Of a DNA stretch of 64,000 nucleotides, positions 35,501 to 48,569 are shown one piece after another. Origin of the DNA: Vicugna vicugna (taxonomy: Eukaryota); the NCBI GenBank assembly GCA_013265495.1, contig MU057584.1, positions 412,608 to 476,607 of the forward strand, given 5' to 3'. The notes beneath the pieces were generated by a model that saw only the letters and a list, made by a program, of their open reading frames with translations, had not been told where the DNA came from and ran no database searches. Numbering within the stretch: position 1 is the stretch's first letter; the number at the start of each line of letters is the position of its first letter. A program made the translations under genes and the position numbers.

Positions 35501-38205
35501 AAATGCCTAAAATGGGCCACTAACGCCCCCATCCCCGCCCAGGGGCTGGACCATTATATTCATTCATTCAGAATTAGAAACTCCTAGAGCTGTGGAATTT
35601 TAGAACTCGTTCATTCAGCAAATACTGAGCATCTCCTAGGAGCCAGTCTCTGTTGCAGATACTGAGGGGACAGCTGTGAGCAAGACAAGGCAAAGAATTC
35701 CTGCCCTCAGGGAGCTTACAAGGCCCTTGAAAATCTGTTGTGTGAGATGGGGTCAGCTAGTCGGTGAGGGGAGAGGTGGGGCAGAGTTTTGTGATGAAAG
35801 AACTTCCAGAGGAGCTTGCCCCACAAGAAGCTAGAAGTGGATTTTTTTTACTTCTCTGGAGCTGCCAGGGCTGAGGCACCACTCTAGATCCAGGAGGGCA
35901 GCCTCCTTCAGAAGAGAGGCATCTTGCAATCACAAGGACTTCCTTAGGGCAGGAAAGCGGAGTCCCAGAAGGGACCAGTGACCCAGAGAGAAGTGTGGGG
36001 CTCTGTGGGCCCAGAGCTTGGCTTCCCTTGAAAAGGAAAGGAAAGGTCTCCCCCTCCAGGAAGCCCTCTTGCCCTTCCCCTCAGATGGGTCAGGCCCCTG
36101 CTCTAGTTACTTCCCCCACCCCTAGCCCCACCCCTTCAGTCTTCCTGGCATTTTTTGGTGATGACTATCTATGTAATAGCTTTCTCCCCTAGAACTGTCA
36201 ATTCCTGGAGGACAAGCCCCTGATTTGCCCTGACTCATCTGTGACATCAGCATCCAGAACAGAGCTTGATAGTTATTCAACAGTTTTTTTTAACAGTGTT
36301 TCTTGAGCACTTACTATGTGCCAGGCCCTGGTGTAGGCTCTGAGGGTACAACAGGAAACTAGACAAGTCCCAGTCCTCAGGGGCTGACCCTCCACCCCCC
36401 AGGGCCTGTGTTGAGTCACTGTCTATTTGCATGGATATGCATAGGCTGGGAAAGATTGGCTGGTGGGCGCATTCTCGCAGGCTCCTCCCTCTGCCCCACC
36501 TAAATCCCTTGAAGTTCTAAAGCCTCCTGGAGGAGTCCATCTCCTCCCCCACCCCCAGGCTCAGTCTTAAACTCTGGGTCTTTTTATCAAGTTGCCTTTT
36601 CAGGCCTGTCTGATAATCCATTTCTGCCCAGCTCCTCACCACAACCTAGATCTCCTTGGCTTTAGCCAAGTTCTTCTCCAGTTGAAGAACCCTCAATGGC
36701 TCCCACTTGCCTCAAGAACAAAACTCAAGTCCTACGCCCTCCCCTGACTGCATGCCATTCCTTCCTCATTCAGCTAGAAAGGAGTAGAGCCTTTGGGGAC
36801 CCTTGCCCCAGACTCAGTGCCTTTGGGGGCCCTGCAGTTAGGGGTCCTGGCACCTGAAGGAGTGCCTTGAGGGAAGGGGGCAGCCCTTCCTCAGCTCCAC
36901 TCACCTCTGGCCCCCAGAGCCCATCCTGACTTTTGTCTGGATTTTTACCTTCAATCTCCAGGCTCTTCGGGGCTGCTAGTTCACATCTGAAACAATGCTA
37001 TGTGGGCCAAAAGTAAACATGACCGAGAGTACTGAGAGCCGGATTTGGCCTGCAGCAGGCAGAGGACTGCCTCGGCGCGGCTCCCCCGTCCAGCCCTGTG
37101 AAGTGTTACAGGAGAACGTCATTTAGGGGACTTGTAGCCAGGGACCCTGCAAGGCTGCTTAAACATCCCCATTTTACAGAAGGAGGAATTGAGTCTCAAA
37201 ACAGGGTCACCCACCTGGAAAGGGAAAGAGCCAGCCAGAAGCCCCCAGCCATCTGCTCCAGGGTCCCTCACATGACACTCTGTAGTGCAGTCCCTCTGCC
37301 AGGGGAGGAGCCCCATCTCCCAGGGGGGCACCCTTGGGTTCGAGTTGCAGGACATGTGGAGATTCCATGAGATGATGTCAGTGTCACATGAAGACCTTCA
37401 CTGATGGCATCTTCCCAGACGCACCTGGAATGAGTCCTGCCAGAGGGGCTGCCTTCTGCCAGGGACCCTCTGTTCATGTACCCTGGATTCCTGTGTGAGG
37501 CCAGGGTCTGCACACGCTCCTCACCTGACATCTTGGGCAGCAGGTGCCCCTTGCGACAGGACGTGGGCCTTGCCTCGAGGCTGGGTGTCAAGCGCTACTT
37601 GTAATTATACTTACCTGGATGTGTTTATTTACCAAGCACTCATCTGTTTCCTGTGGCCCCATGCTAAGTGCTCTACAAATATTCTTTTATCCTCACAACA
37701 ACCCCGAAGAAGTGGGTGTTATTATTACCCTCATTTGACAGCTGAGGCAACTGAGGCACAGAGAGGTTAAATGACTTGCCTAATGTCACACAGCCAGGAA
37801 GCAGCAGAGCCAGGATTCAAACCCAGGCAGTCTGTGCCCTCAGTCGCCATGCTGTACTGCCTCACACCACAGAGAAACATTCATCTTTATTCCAGTGTTT
37901 CTTAAAAGTCAGAAAACAAAAGATAAGCTAAGAAATGAAAAACACACATTCTGACAAAAACTGGTACTCAGGTGTTCACAATAGCTTTATTCGTAGATGC
38001 CAAAAGGTAGAAGTGTCCATCATCTGATGACTGGATACACAAAAGTGGTCTCTCCATATGATGAAATATTACTCAGCAGTAAAAAGGAACAAGGCACTGA
38101 TCTATGTTATAACTTGGATGCACCTTGAAAACATTATGCCAAGTGAAAGAAGCTGGACACATTGTAGGATTCTATTTATGTGAAGTATGCAGAAGAGGCA
38201 AATCT

Positions 38206-38375
38206 GGGCGGAGAGTATAGGTCAGTGGTAGAGCACAGGTTTAGTATGCATGACATCCTAGATTGAATCCCTAGTACCTCCATTAAAAATAATAATAATA
38301 ATATAAATAAATAAATAAATAAATAAACAAACAAACAAACAAACCTAATTACCTTCCCCCTTCTCCTCCCAAAAG
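38206..38375 (+). mobile_element. tRNA-derived SINE with 15-bp TSD
   Basis: TSD agaagaggcaaatct at 38191-38205 and 38376-38390; (TAAA)n(CAAA)n tail. Confidence 0.9.
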
Positions 38376-38564
38376 AGAAGAGGCAAATCTATGGAGACAG
38401 AAAATAGTTCAGTGATTCCTAGGGGCTGGGAGGAGGGGGAATGGGAGTGAATGTTTAATGGGTACAGGGATTTCTTTGGGGGATTATCAAAATGTCCTAA
38501 ACTTGATTATAGTGATGGGTGCACCATTCTCATGAATATACAAAAAGCCATTTAATTATACACT

Positions 38565-38585
38565 TTTATTTATTTATTTGAGGGA

Positions 38586-38632
<47 letters not shown>

Positions 38633-38720
38633 TTTGTCGTTTAATGGAGGTATTGGGGATTGTACCCAGGACCTCATGCAGGCTGAGCATATGCTCCACC
38701 ACTGAGCGATGCCCACCCCT
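38565..38720 (-). mobile_element. tRNA-derived SINE containing a T41 run
   Basis: T run 38590-38630 followed by reverse SINE body. Confidence 0.85.
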
Positions 38721-39425
38721 GAATAGTATGCTTTTAATGGGTGAGTGGGAATTACATCTTAAGAAAACTGTTTTAAAAAATAGGCTCAGAGGGCTGTAGT
38801 TCTATTTCTAGAAAGATGAGAGAAAGTAGTATTACCACGCAGGAAAAAATGAAAACTAGCCTCATTTAAATGTTTTAAAATTGATTTTGTGATAGATTTG
38901 GGGTTTATTTTTGGAGGATTCTTTTTTCCTCCAAACATTTTAGAATGAAACATCTCAGCCATACATGTGTAAGTTGGAAGTATGGCCCAGCAGCCTCCCT
39001 CATCCTCTGTCCCTAGACTTCACAGCAGGTCATGTTTTGCTACGTTTGTTTCATCAGTTTCTCTATCTTTTCTTTTTTTTTTTTTTTGGATGAACCATTT
39101 GAGAATACGTTGCAGACATGGCATTTCCACCCTTTACCTTCTCAGAAAAAGGAACACTGTAAATCCACAATTTAATCTTCACACCTAAGGTTACGTGAAG
39201 GTTATAGTCATCCCATAATAATATGAAATCTATCCCGGACCACAAATGTCCTAGTTTTCCCCCAAACCATTTAATCTGGCTGACCTTTTGGGATTGGGAC
39301 CTCATGAAGTTTCCTGCGTCGCATTTGGAGCCTGCATTTCCCGGTGGGGCTCCCTCACAGATGTCCCTGCCTGCTAGGAGGTATCTGGGTCCTTCCCCCT
39401 CCCAACCTCTCTCCTCTCCCCCCAG

Positions 39426-39821
39426 GAGCCCAGGATGTGCGAGTTCGCGTGGCAGCCGAGGTGCGGGGCCGCCTTGGGGACACCGTAGAGCTACCGTGCC
39501 ACCTGCTGCCCCCAGCGCCTGAAGTCCGAGTGTCCCAGGTGACGTGGCTGCGCCCGGACGCGCCCGAGGGCAGCCAGAACGTGGCCGTCTTCCACCCTAC
39601 GTATGGTCCCAGCTTCCCCAGCCCGCAGCCGGGCAAGGAGCGGCTGTCCTTCGTCAGTGCCGGGCAGAGCACCGGGGCCGGGCAAGGCACCGAGATGGAG
39701 CTGCGGGACGCCACGCTGGCCCTCCGGGGGCTGACAGTGGAGGACGAGGGCAACTACACCTGCGACTTTGCCACCTTCCCCCGGGGTACCAGTCGGGGGG
39801 TGACCTGGCTCAGAGTCATAG
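39426..39821 (+). CDS. NECTIN2: NECTIN2 exon 2 (IgV domain)
   Basis: AQDVRVRVAAEVRGRLGDTVELPC...EDEGNYTCDFATFPRG...WLRVI|gtgagc. Confidence 0.97.
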
Positions 39822-40149
39822 GTGAGCAGGGTGCGGGGCGGGGGCCCAGCAAAGTGGGAGGGGCGTGGTGTGGGCCCCCCCCCCGCTCCGATCTGTCTCT
39901 CTGCCTTAGCTGTGGTCTCCAGTCAACTGGCAGATATTCATTAAGCACCTGCTGTTTGCTCCACGCTGTCCTGCAAGTTGGAGATACAGCAGGCAGCAAG
40001 GCATTCAACAAATATGTATTGAGGACCTACTCGATGCCAGGCACTATTCTAGGGGTAAAGCAGCGAGGAAGACAGAACCCCCTGTCCTCCTGCAGCTTAC
40101 GCTCCGATGAAGGGGTGCTTGAGAGTGAATAACAACTAAGAAAAATAAG

Positions 40150-40250
40150 GGGGGTGGGTATGGTTCACTAGTAGAGTGCATGCTTAGCAGACAGGAGGTC
40201 CTGGGTTCAATCCCCAGTACCTCCATTAAAAATAATAATTAAAAAAAAAT
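40150..40250 (+). mobile_element. tRNA-derived SINE inside an L2
   Basis: TSD aaaaataag; gggttcaatccccagtacctcc. Confidence 0.88.
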
Positions 40251-42458
40251 AAGTGTGACTCAGGTGGTTATAGGGGCTTCGGAAGTTGGAGGGGAGCAGG
40301 TTACAGTTTTAGCGAGGGTGGTCTGGTGATATTTGAACCAAAACTCGGAGGTAAGGAAGTCCTGCAGGCTATCTAACAGAAGAGAGTTCCAGCCAGAGGG
40401 AATGGCAAGTGCAAAAGCCCTGAGGCAGGGCATACCTGGAATGCCTGAGGAAGAGCAAGGAAATCAGTGTGGCCGGGAGACACGTGAGTGGGGGTAAAGT
40501 CAGGGAAAGTAAGAGGAGACAAGGCCAATGAGTGATGGGGGAGCATAGATCACAGACAGCCTCACGGACCATGTGAAGATTTTGGCTTTTGCCCTGAGCG
40601 AAGAAGAGCTACAGGAAGTTCTGAGCAAGGGAAAGATGTGATCTGGCTTGGGTTTTCACAGGCTCCTTCTGTCTGTGTCAAGGGTGAAGGTGGAATCACA
40701 AAGGAGGTGACTGCATAAGTCCAGGCGGGAGGTGATAGCAATTAGACCAAGGCAGAGGCAGTGGGGTGGTGAGAAGAGGTCGGATTTTGGAAATATTTTA
40801 GAGGTGAAGCCAAAGAGTAGTCAAATTGTCAGATAAAAGGAACACAAGGATGTTGTACCACTCAGACTAAGAGACCCAGTGGACTCATTTAGATAGAACA
40901 GTCAGCAAAAGCCTCTTAGTCGAGTTCCAGAGTGTAGGAAGGAGCCAACTCGGGGACACGTCCAGGAGCAGAGGAGTGAATGCACAAGCAGAGGGAACAG
41001 CCTATGCGAAGCTGGGACGTGAGAGTGACCTTGGCGTGTTCCCAGAACAGAAAGGAGGCTGGTGAGGTTGGTGGCAGGGGCTTGAGTGACCCTCAGTGAG
41101 GCAGAAAAATCAACAGGGCCAGACTGCTTGGGCCTCAGAGATGGAGGCCCAATGGCTGGACTTCAACTAAAATACTATTCGGAGCCATCAGAGGGTTTCA
41201 AACCCTAAGAGCACCCTTATCAGACTGTTGAAATTGTTTAAAAAAAAAAAAGACTGGCTGCTGTGTGGGGTGCCATGCGAGGGGTAGACAAAGGTAGACA
41301 GAAGCAGGGAGGCCAGGTGAGAGAAGGCATTGGCTGGAAGAGGGAAGAAGCAGGGAAGGAGGGAGGGAAGGGGAGTGAAGTGGAATAATCACACTTTCAG
41401 GAGACGGTAGGCACTTGTCCATGAATTAAGGGAGGAGGAGGATCAGGGAGGACTCCCAGCCTCCTGGCAGCAGCAGAAAGGTGACCCACACAACCATTTA
41501 GCAAAATGGGGAAGACTTAAGGAAGGAAGGAAGGCATCTTTTTGAAGGTCACTATTTCTTGCCAAATCTTGGCATTCCCCTGGGATTCCGCCTTCCCCCT
41601 TGGCAACTCCACAGAAGCCACACCACTCTGGACACTTTCTTTCCTTCCAGTCAGCCCCAGAAAGTTTGAGAAGTGTCCCCTGTACTGTCCCTGGGTCCAC
41701 ACTTCCCTTCCCTGGGAGCCCTGAAACCAACTGTTTTGCATAAAGCACAGCTCTTCTCCCATCCACCCCTTGCCAAGGTCTCTCTTCTTCTGCAATCATT
41801 TGTTCTGTTCAAGACATACATAGAGCACCTATCCTGCACCAGGCACCTACGAAAATACAGAACAGAACAGTGAAGCCTCTGCTTTCTTGGAGAGACAGCC
41901 ATGAGGGAAGTTCCCTTGATGAAGTGAAGCTGGATCTGGAGAAGGAGGAGCAAGACAAGGAGAAGGGAGGCTAGAGCACTCCAGTAGTGGGGCAATGCAA
42001 GTCGCTAAGACCCTGCAGTGGGCAGGAGCAGGGGTGGGGTGGGCGTGCCTGGAGCTGTCAGAGGACAGATAGGAGGGTGACCGGGAAGGATGTGGGGAGG
42101 TCCATCAGAGACTCTGGTGGTTGGGAGAGAAGAGGGAAAGGAGAGGAGGGCCATACTGAATTGAGGTACCTAGGTGGTGAGATCCAGAAGGTGACTAGAA
42201 CTCAGGGAACTGTCTGAAGCCCACAGCAATAACTGTGGGTTGCCATTATTATTCCTCATGGGGGTTCACCCCGCCTAATATTCTTCCATATTTTCCAGGA
42301 CGATGGGTGGAAAGGGCAAAGGATGTACAGCTTTAGGAATCTCCATTGCCTTGATCCCACTTCTGGCACCACAATCTAGTGGTGATTACAGGAAAAGAAG
42401 TTGGAGGCCTTTGCAGCTGGACCTTTGAACCAGATTATTCTACTTTAGCTTTTCTTTT

Positions 42459-42560
42459 TGTTTTTCATTTTATTTTTTCTAATGGAAGGTCTGGGGATTA
42501 AACCCAGGACCCTGTGAATGCTAAGCATGTGTTCTACCACTGAACTATGTCTCCTACCCC
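42459..42560 (-). mobile_element. tRNA-derived SINE
   Basis: TSD agcttttctttt at 42447 and 42561. Confidence 0.85.
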
Positions 42561-42944
42561 AGCTTTTCTTTTTAAATATTGGCCTCTTCCAGACTTGTGG
42601 ACAGTGCCTCTGCTTTTCTAGCAAAGCAGAACAGAAAATATAACATAATGGCTAACATTTAGGTAGCACAGTGCGTGTCAGGCACTGTCCAAAGTGTTTG
42701 ATGTATCAATTTATTCAATCAACACAACAATTCTATGTGGTGGGTACTTTTATTATCTCCACTTCACAAAAGAGGAAACTGGTACAGAGATGGGAAATGA
42801 CTTACCCAAAGCCATCCAGCTGCAAAGCAGCAAAGCTGGGATTTGAACCCAGGCAGTTGGGGCTTAACTGCTCAGCTCTACTGCAGAGGTGTTTGTTGAA
42901 TTACTGTAGGTGAGCAGTGACTCACCCTCTATTCCTCTCCCCAG

Positions 42945-43241
42945 CCAAGCCCCAGAATGATGCCAAAGCACAGGAGGTCACACTGAGCCTGGAGCCTGTA
43001 CCCGTGGCCCGCTGTGTCTCCTCGGGTGGCCGGCCACCCGCCCGAGTCTCCTGGCTGTCATCCTTGGATGGGGAGACCAAAGAGACCCAGACGTCAGGGC
43101 CCCTGCCTGGCACAGTCACCGTCACCAGCCGCTTTATCTTGGTACCCTTGGGCCGAGCAGATGGGGTCGAGATAACTTGCAAAGTGGAACACGAGAGCTT
43201 TGAGGAGCCTGACCTGAAGCCTGTGATCCTCTCTGTGCGCT
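42945..43241 (+). CDS. NECTIN2: NECTIN2 exon 3 (IgC domain)
   Basis: [11 protein letters not shown]...[12 protein letters not shown]...[11 protein letters not shown]...LSVR|gtgagt. Confidence 0.97.
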
Positions 43242-43469
43242 GTGAGTGCATTAAGATGTGACCACACCCCCAATACTGTCTACACTGGCTTCTCTAGGGC
43301 ACTGTCTACACTATCGCTAAGTGTTGTCTACATTGGTCCTCTGGGTCAAATTCTGCACTGCTTTCCTGCCCATTGTCTATACCGGCTCCCCTGGACAACA
43401 TCAACACACTGTCCCCTCATTGTCTACACTGGCTTCACTAGGCTCTCATCTTGCTACCACGATGGTAAA

Positions 43470-43665
43470 TCAGAATGGGTTTGCAGGGGCTGGTTTTATA
43501 CCTCTTATCCCAATTCTGCATCCAGAGAAGTCTTACTGATATTTTGAATCAACCACAACAACCACGGGGCGTGTTTATACCAAGGAAATTGGCAAACATT
43601 GCAAATCAAGGCTATTCTTTCCTTTTTTTCCCTTTTGAGAGGGCCAGTTTACCAACACACAACTG
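43470..43665. mobile_element. hAT (MER63/Blackjack-like) DNA transposon remnant
   Basis: Ends gccagtttaccaacacacaactg, like recalled MER63-family termini. Confidence 0.55.
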
Positions 43666-44374
43666 CCCCCAACAATATCTTTTCCGGCTCCCATAGATCC
43701 CAGGTGACATTGCTCCCTTACTGTCTATATCAACTACACTGCCCACCGCAATATTGTCACCCACACCGTTTCCACCCCAACTCATACTATCTAAATTGGC
43801 TGCCTGGGCACTGTCTATACTGACTCTCCTGAGGTCTCTACACCAACTTCTGCCCCCTAGTATGATCACATTAGCCCCTCTGGACCTAGTCTATACTGAC
43901 CCCTTTCAATAAGTTTCATGCTAGCTCTTCCCCGAACTGCCTACACCAGCACCCCCTAATATTAGAGAGGCTCCCCTGGCATTCTTCCCACAAACCCTGC
44001 CAAACAGTAACTTTAGCAGCTTTTCCAGCCACTGTCCAAACACACCCCATACCCCAACTCAGCATTTTCTATACTAGCTCCCCAGACAATGCCTTCAGTG
44101 AAGCTAATTCCCTTATCTACTCTGGGCATGTCAGGAATGACACACATTATCTATAGTGGCTCCCTGGGGCGCTGCCTGCACTGTATAACAACTTCCCCAA
44201 AATGACCCCAGAACAACATCTGGGCTGCCCAGACTGATGTGCCCCAGGCACTTTCCTTGGGTCCGCCTCCTGCCAACCCCACCCCTATTTCTTTGGGATT
44301 CCCATCGACCTGCTCACCTGTCACCCGCCTTAGGATTCTCTCTGTCTCTGAACCAGTCCCCCCATTTCTTCCAG

Positions 44375-44492
44375 ACCCCCCCGAAGTCTCCATCTCCGGC
44401 TATGATGACAACTGGTACATCGGCCGCAGTGAGGCCACCCTAAACTGTGACGTCCGCAGCAAACCGGAGCCCACAGGCTACGACTGGAGCAC
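44375..44492 (+). CDS. NECTIN2: NECTIN2 exon 4
   Basis: [38 protein letters not shown]|gtgagt. Confidence 0.97.
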
Positions 44493-44736
44493 GTGAGTCC
44501 TGTGTGGACCCAGACTCTTGGGTCTGAGGGAGGAGGGGCTGGGAGCCTGGACTCCTGTGTCATGAAAGAGGCATGAAAGAGGAACATCAGAGGCCGGAAA
44601 CTGTGAGTCCTCCAGAAGGAAGGAGCTGGCAGTTTGGGGTGTCAAGGAGTAAGTTTCAGGTCCACAGAGCTTGGTTTCTGAGGGCATCAGGGACCAGACC
44701 TGTGCTCCCCTCTCACATGAGCCCCACACCCTCCAG

Positions 44737-44885
44737 GACTTCAGGCGTCTTCCCAGCCTCAGCAGTAGCCCAGGGCCCTAAGCTGATCGTCCACTCGGTG
44801 GACAGGCTGTTCAATACCACGTTCATCTGCACGGTCACCAACGCCGTGGGCACAGGCCATGCTGAGCAGATGGTTCTCGTTCGAG
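44737..44885 (+). CDS. NECTIN2: NECTIN2 exon 5
   Basis: TSGVFPASAVAQGPKLIVHSVDRLFNTTFICTVTNAVGTGHAEQMVLVR|gtaagc. Confidence 0.97.
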
Positions 44886-47800
44886 GTAAGCAGGTCTTGG
44901 GGGTGGTGTGTGTGGCCCTGGGTCTGTTCCCCAAGTGTTCCTCCTTTCTGGGTTCTGGGGCTGCACTGTGGGAGACTGCACCGCCGACCTCGAGAGGATT
45001 CAGACCCGCCTCGCTGATGGGAGAGGAGGGCAAAGTGGCTTTCATTTCTTACCCCCAGGTGGGGTCTGGATTGGGGTGACAGGGTAGGTGTTGACAGAGG
45101 AAGTAGGAGGTGGAGGCCTGGGCTGGGGGCTTCCTAAAAGTCGAGGCCTGGGAAAGGTCTTCAGGAAGAGAGACCCAGGGACATTGGCCCGGCCTGCGGC
45201 CAGTGAGACACACCCAAAGATCACACAACTAACGTCACAGAGGCTCGTGAGGGGAGCTAGACAGAAACAAACACTCAGAAACAATGGGCTTCTTACCGCC
45301 AGTGCTGGTCAGGACCACCTGGAGACTAGTTTGAGCGTGTGTGTTGGGATGTTTGTGTTTCTGGAGGTGGGATTTCGGAAATGGTGGCTGATGTGTCCAT
45401 GGGACAGAAGTTCTCAGAGTCTCCCTGCTGTGAACTCAGAAACACAGATGGGACCCAAGACACGTAGCCGGAGAGGAAGAGCATGAAGCCAAACTAAGCT
45501 CAGGCTGATGGAAATGGGGCTGGAATCATCCCTGTAGGCCCAGATGCTCGGAGGGACGCAGGGACTGTCCCGGGGCCTCAGTGGGTGGGAGGAGAGCCTG
45601 CCCTGAGAAACCCAACTGGGGCAGGGGGCGGGGCTAGCCCAGCGGCAGAGGGTAAGCTCAGCAGGTTTCAATCCACGGGTACCTCCATGTAAGACAAGGT
45701 AAATAAATAAGCCAAATGGTCTTCCTCCCAACCTTCCCCCTCAAAAAAATAGAAAAGAAACCCAATCAAAGGCAAATTCACAGGCATAGGTGTGAAGACA
45801 GACACACCCACATCTAGAGACAGAGGGAGGGAGACCACCTTACTGAGATGACCGTCACACACACACACACACGCCCCCCTCGAAAGACCCAAAGGAAAAC
45901 GATTCCTCTTCAGGAACTGAGACTCTCGCCAGGGAGATACAACGTAGCTACCCAGAAACCCACAAACCACACACCCAGAGAGACTGTGGCACACCCTCAG
46001 CACATTTGACACTCGGGTGTGCAAACACGCACACCTGGAGGGAGGGAGACAGACAGGCCGGAAGCAAAAAGAACCTTGGAGCAGCTGTTCCACATGCCGC
46101 AACGCCATCACTCACGCACAGGTGCCGAGAAAGCAACTCAGAGACGTTGTCAGGGGCCCACCGTCAGAAACTCCAGAAACCCCATTATAATGATACTCTT
46201 TCAACAAATCATCATCTGACAAATATGTGTTGAGGCTTCCTCTTTGCCAGGCATTCTCCTTGATGTTGGGGATACAATGCTGATGGAGGTGCCGTCCCCG
46301 CCTCAAAGGCACATCCAGAGAAGGGTCACCCCATCGACCCAACAAGGTGCCCAACCGGAAATACACCCCTGGACCCCAAATATACACCTGAGAAACTGGT
46401 CTTCCCACCCACACTCGTTCAGTCGGCACCTCCATGGGGTGGAGCCTGCAGAGCACAGGCACGGTCACACTTAAGGGCCATTGGAGGAATATACAACCAC
46501 GGAAACACAGACACTCCCCCAAAACACCCAGAAACCCCAGAGATGTCCACTGCTGGTAACCCCCAAAGAGAAAACACCAGCTTCAGAGTTTAGCCCTTCG
46601 GCAACATTCACCCAGTGAAACACACGTTCTCAGAGTCCTGTCAGGAGCCTGGGGCGTGGGGGGCCGCACACACAGAATCACACCCCCAGAGAAAGACTCA
46701 GCGCACTGGAAAGACCCCCCCCGACTCCCCCAAAGGTAACTGCAGACCCGCATATGGTCAAAAATATCATCACAAAGACGCACACCTACAGATGAACACC
46801 AACAGACATGGGGATGCACTCTGAACACCGTAGAAATGCAGTCACAGATGGTGGTGAATGGGTCAACAGAGGGCTTTGCCCAGAGAGGAGACTCACTCCC
46901 AGCTCTTGGCTGAGTCCCCGCAGAGGGTCTTGGAGACACCTCATGTTCCCATGTGCGCGCAAACCCGCACATGCAGTCACTCATGGATTGGGGTTCATAC
47001 CTGCGGACACAATGCACATCCCAGGCTAAGTACGCAGGGTGCACACCAGGCTGGACGTTGATTCAGGGAGGCTTCGGAGAAGTTCTGCCCACAGACAGGA
47101 ACACAGACATCCACCATCTCCAAAATACCACCTCCAGAAACGCAGACGCACGTTCCAACATGCGCAAAGACTGGTCTCCAGACGTTCCTGACGAGCACTC
47201 ACAGAAAGAAGCCCTTCACGCCTCCCGCCCCGGGGACAAGTATAGAAATATATTCCCCCACTAAAAGTTTCACAAAATAGTACATACCATTCATACCTTA
47301 GGTAAACTTTCTCTGTTCTTCTTTGTTTTACTGCTGCTTGTGAGTCACCCAACTGATCGGACAGTCCCCTAGGTCGTGACCCCCTTTTTGAAAAGCCCTG
47401 GAAACAGATACCCTCGGGAGCCCGGGTCCTAGCCCCTCCTGTGTGCAGAGGCGTGGGGAGGGGTGGGAGGGCACAAAGCAGATCCTCCCTGGCCTCTCCC
47501 AATCAGGCTCCGCGTGCAGGTGGGTGGGGCGGGGGTGTGATAAAAGATAAAAGGTGCAGGGTGCATCATCTGTCCCTGCCTTGGGGTCCAGACCTCCTCC
47601 CAATTCTCACTCCTCCCTCCTTAGTGTTCCCTGGCTTCCTTTTCCACCTCCCCCAACGTTCCCCAGAGCCGTCCACTCCCGCCACCTCAGCCCCTGCAGG
47701 GAGAGGAAACCAGGACTGTGGGCGCTGGGAGCCTCATTTTCCACACTGGGAATGCATGCCCCCAGCCGCTCCCAAGGAAGAAATTATCAGGAGGCCCCTT

Positions 47801-48289
47801 ACCCGCTTCAAATGCAAAGAGCTTTGGAAACAGCCTCAAGCTTACATCCAGCTCTGCCTCTTCCTGACTAGATCAGGGCCCCAAGATTCCGTGACCCTGA
47901 CCTCAGCTTCTGGGAGAGGGTTGCAAACTCAGATGCCTATGGGATGCCTATGGGGTCCTGGCAAATGATGGGCTGAGGGGCAGGTGGGGAACTCTGCTCG
48001 CTTCTGAGTCACCAACCTCACTCAGCCACAGCCCTTCACCAGGCGGAGGTGAGAGTTTAGTGTTGCCAGTTCTGATTTCTTCCCTCTAAGAGAAATCTGG
48101 AATTTGCAGTGAAATGGCCTGGTGCTTTAAATGTTGGCTGGCACGTTTAATTTTTGAAAAACACTGCGTGAGTGTAAGGAAACCCATCTAGGGGCCACCT
48201 GTTGGCAACCCCTCCACGTACAAAGCACCCAGCCTGTAGCGAAGAGCGAATGGGTCCCCCTTCTCTCCTGCACCTCCTCCTCCATCCTG

Positions 48290-48425
48290 TTTTTTCTCTT
48301 TTACTTAAGTTTTCAAACTTTTCTATTTTTATGCAATTTTTAAAGGTTACACTCCATTTACAGTTATTACAAAATATTGGCTCTGTTCCCCTACAATACA
48401 TCCTCCCACCCCCCACCCCAACCTC
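48290..48425 (-). mobile_element. L1 3' end fragment
   Basis: tttttaaaggttacactccatttacagttattacaaaatattggct. Confidence 0.75.
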
Positions 48426-48569
48426 CTCTGTTCTTCTGCCCAGAGTCAACCTCCCTAGTTCCCGTCACGCCCTGCTGTGCCCTGTGTCCCACCCCCACCA
48501 GATGTATCCTCTTGACCTTGTGTCTCCTTCTCTCTCTCTCCCTCTCACCCCCTTCTTCTCTCTCCTCAG

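Larger units (their letters stand above)
37930..38785 (+). mobile_element. Old L1M 3' end interrupted by two SINEs
   Basis: atagctttattcgtag...ttgaaaacattatgccaagtgaaagaag...tgaatgtttaatgggtacaggg. Confidence 0.8.

Noticed and set aside
40150..40230. tRNA-like sequences with A/B boxes (about 8 copies)
   Set aside because: A-rich tails and TSDs show they are SINEs, not tRNA genes.
43270..44200. CRISPR-like repeat-spacer appearance
   Set aside because: Mammalian intron, short degenerate repeats, irregular spacing, no cas genes; kept only as a motif array.
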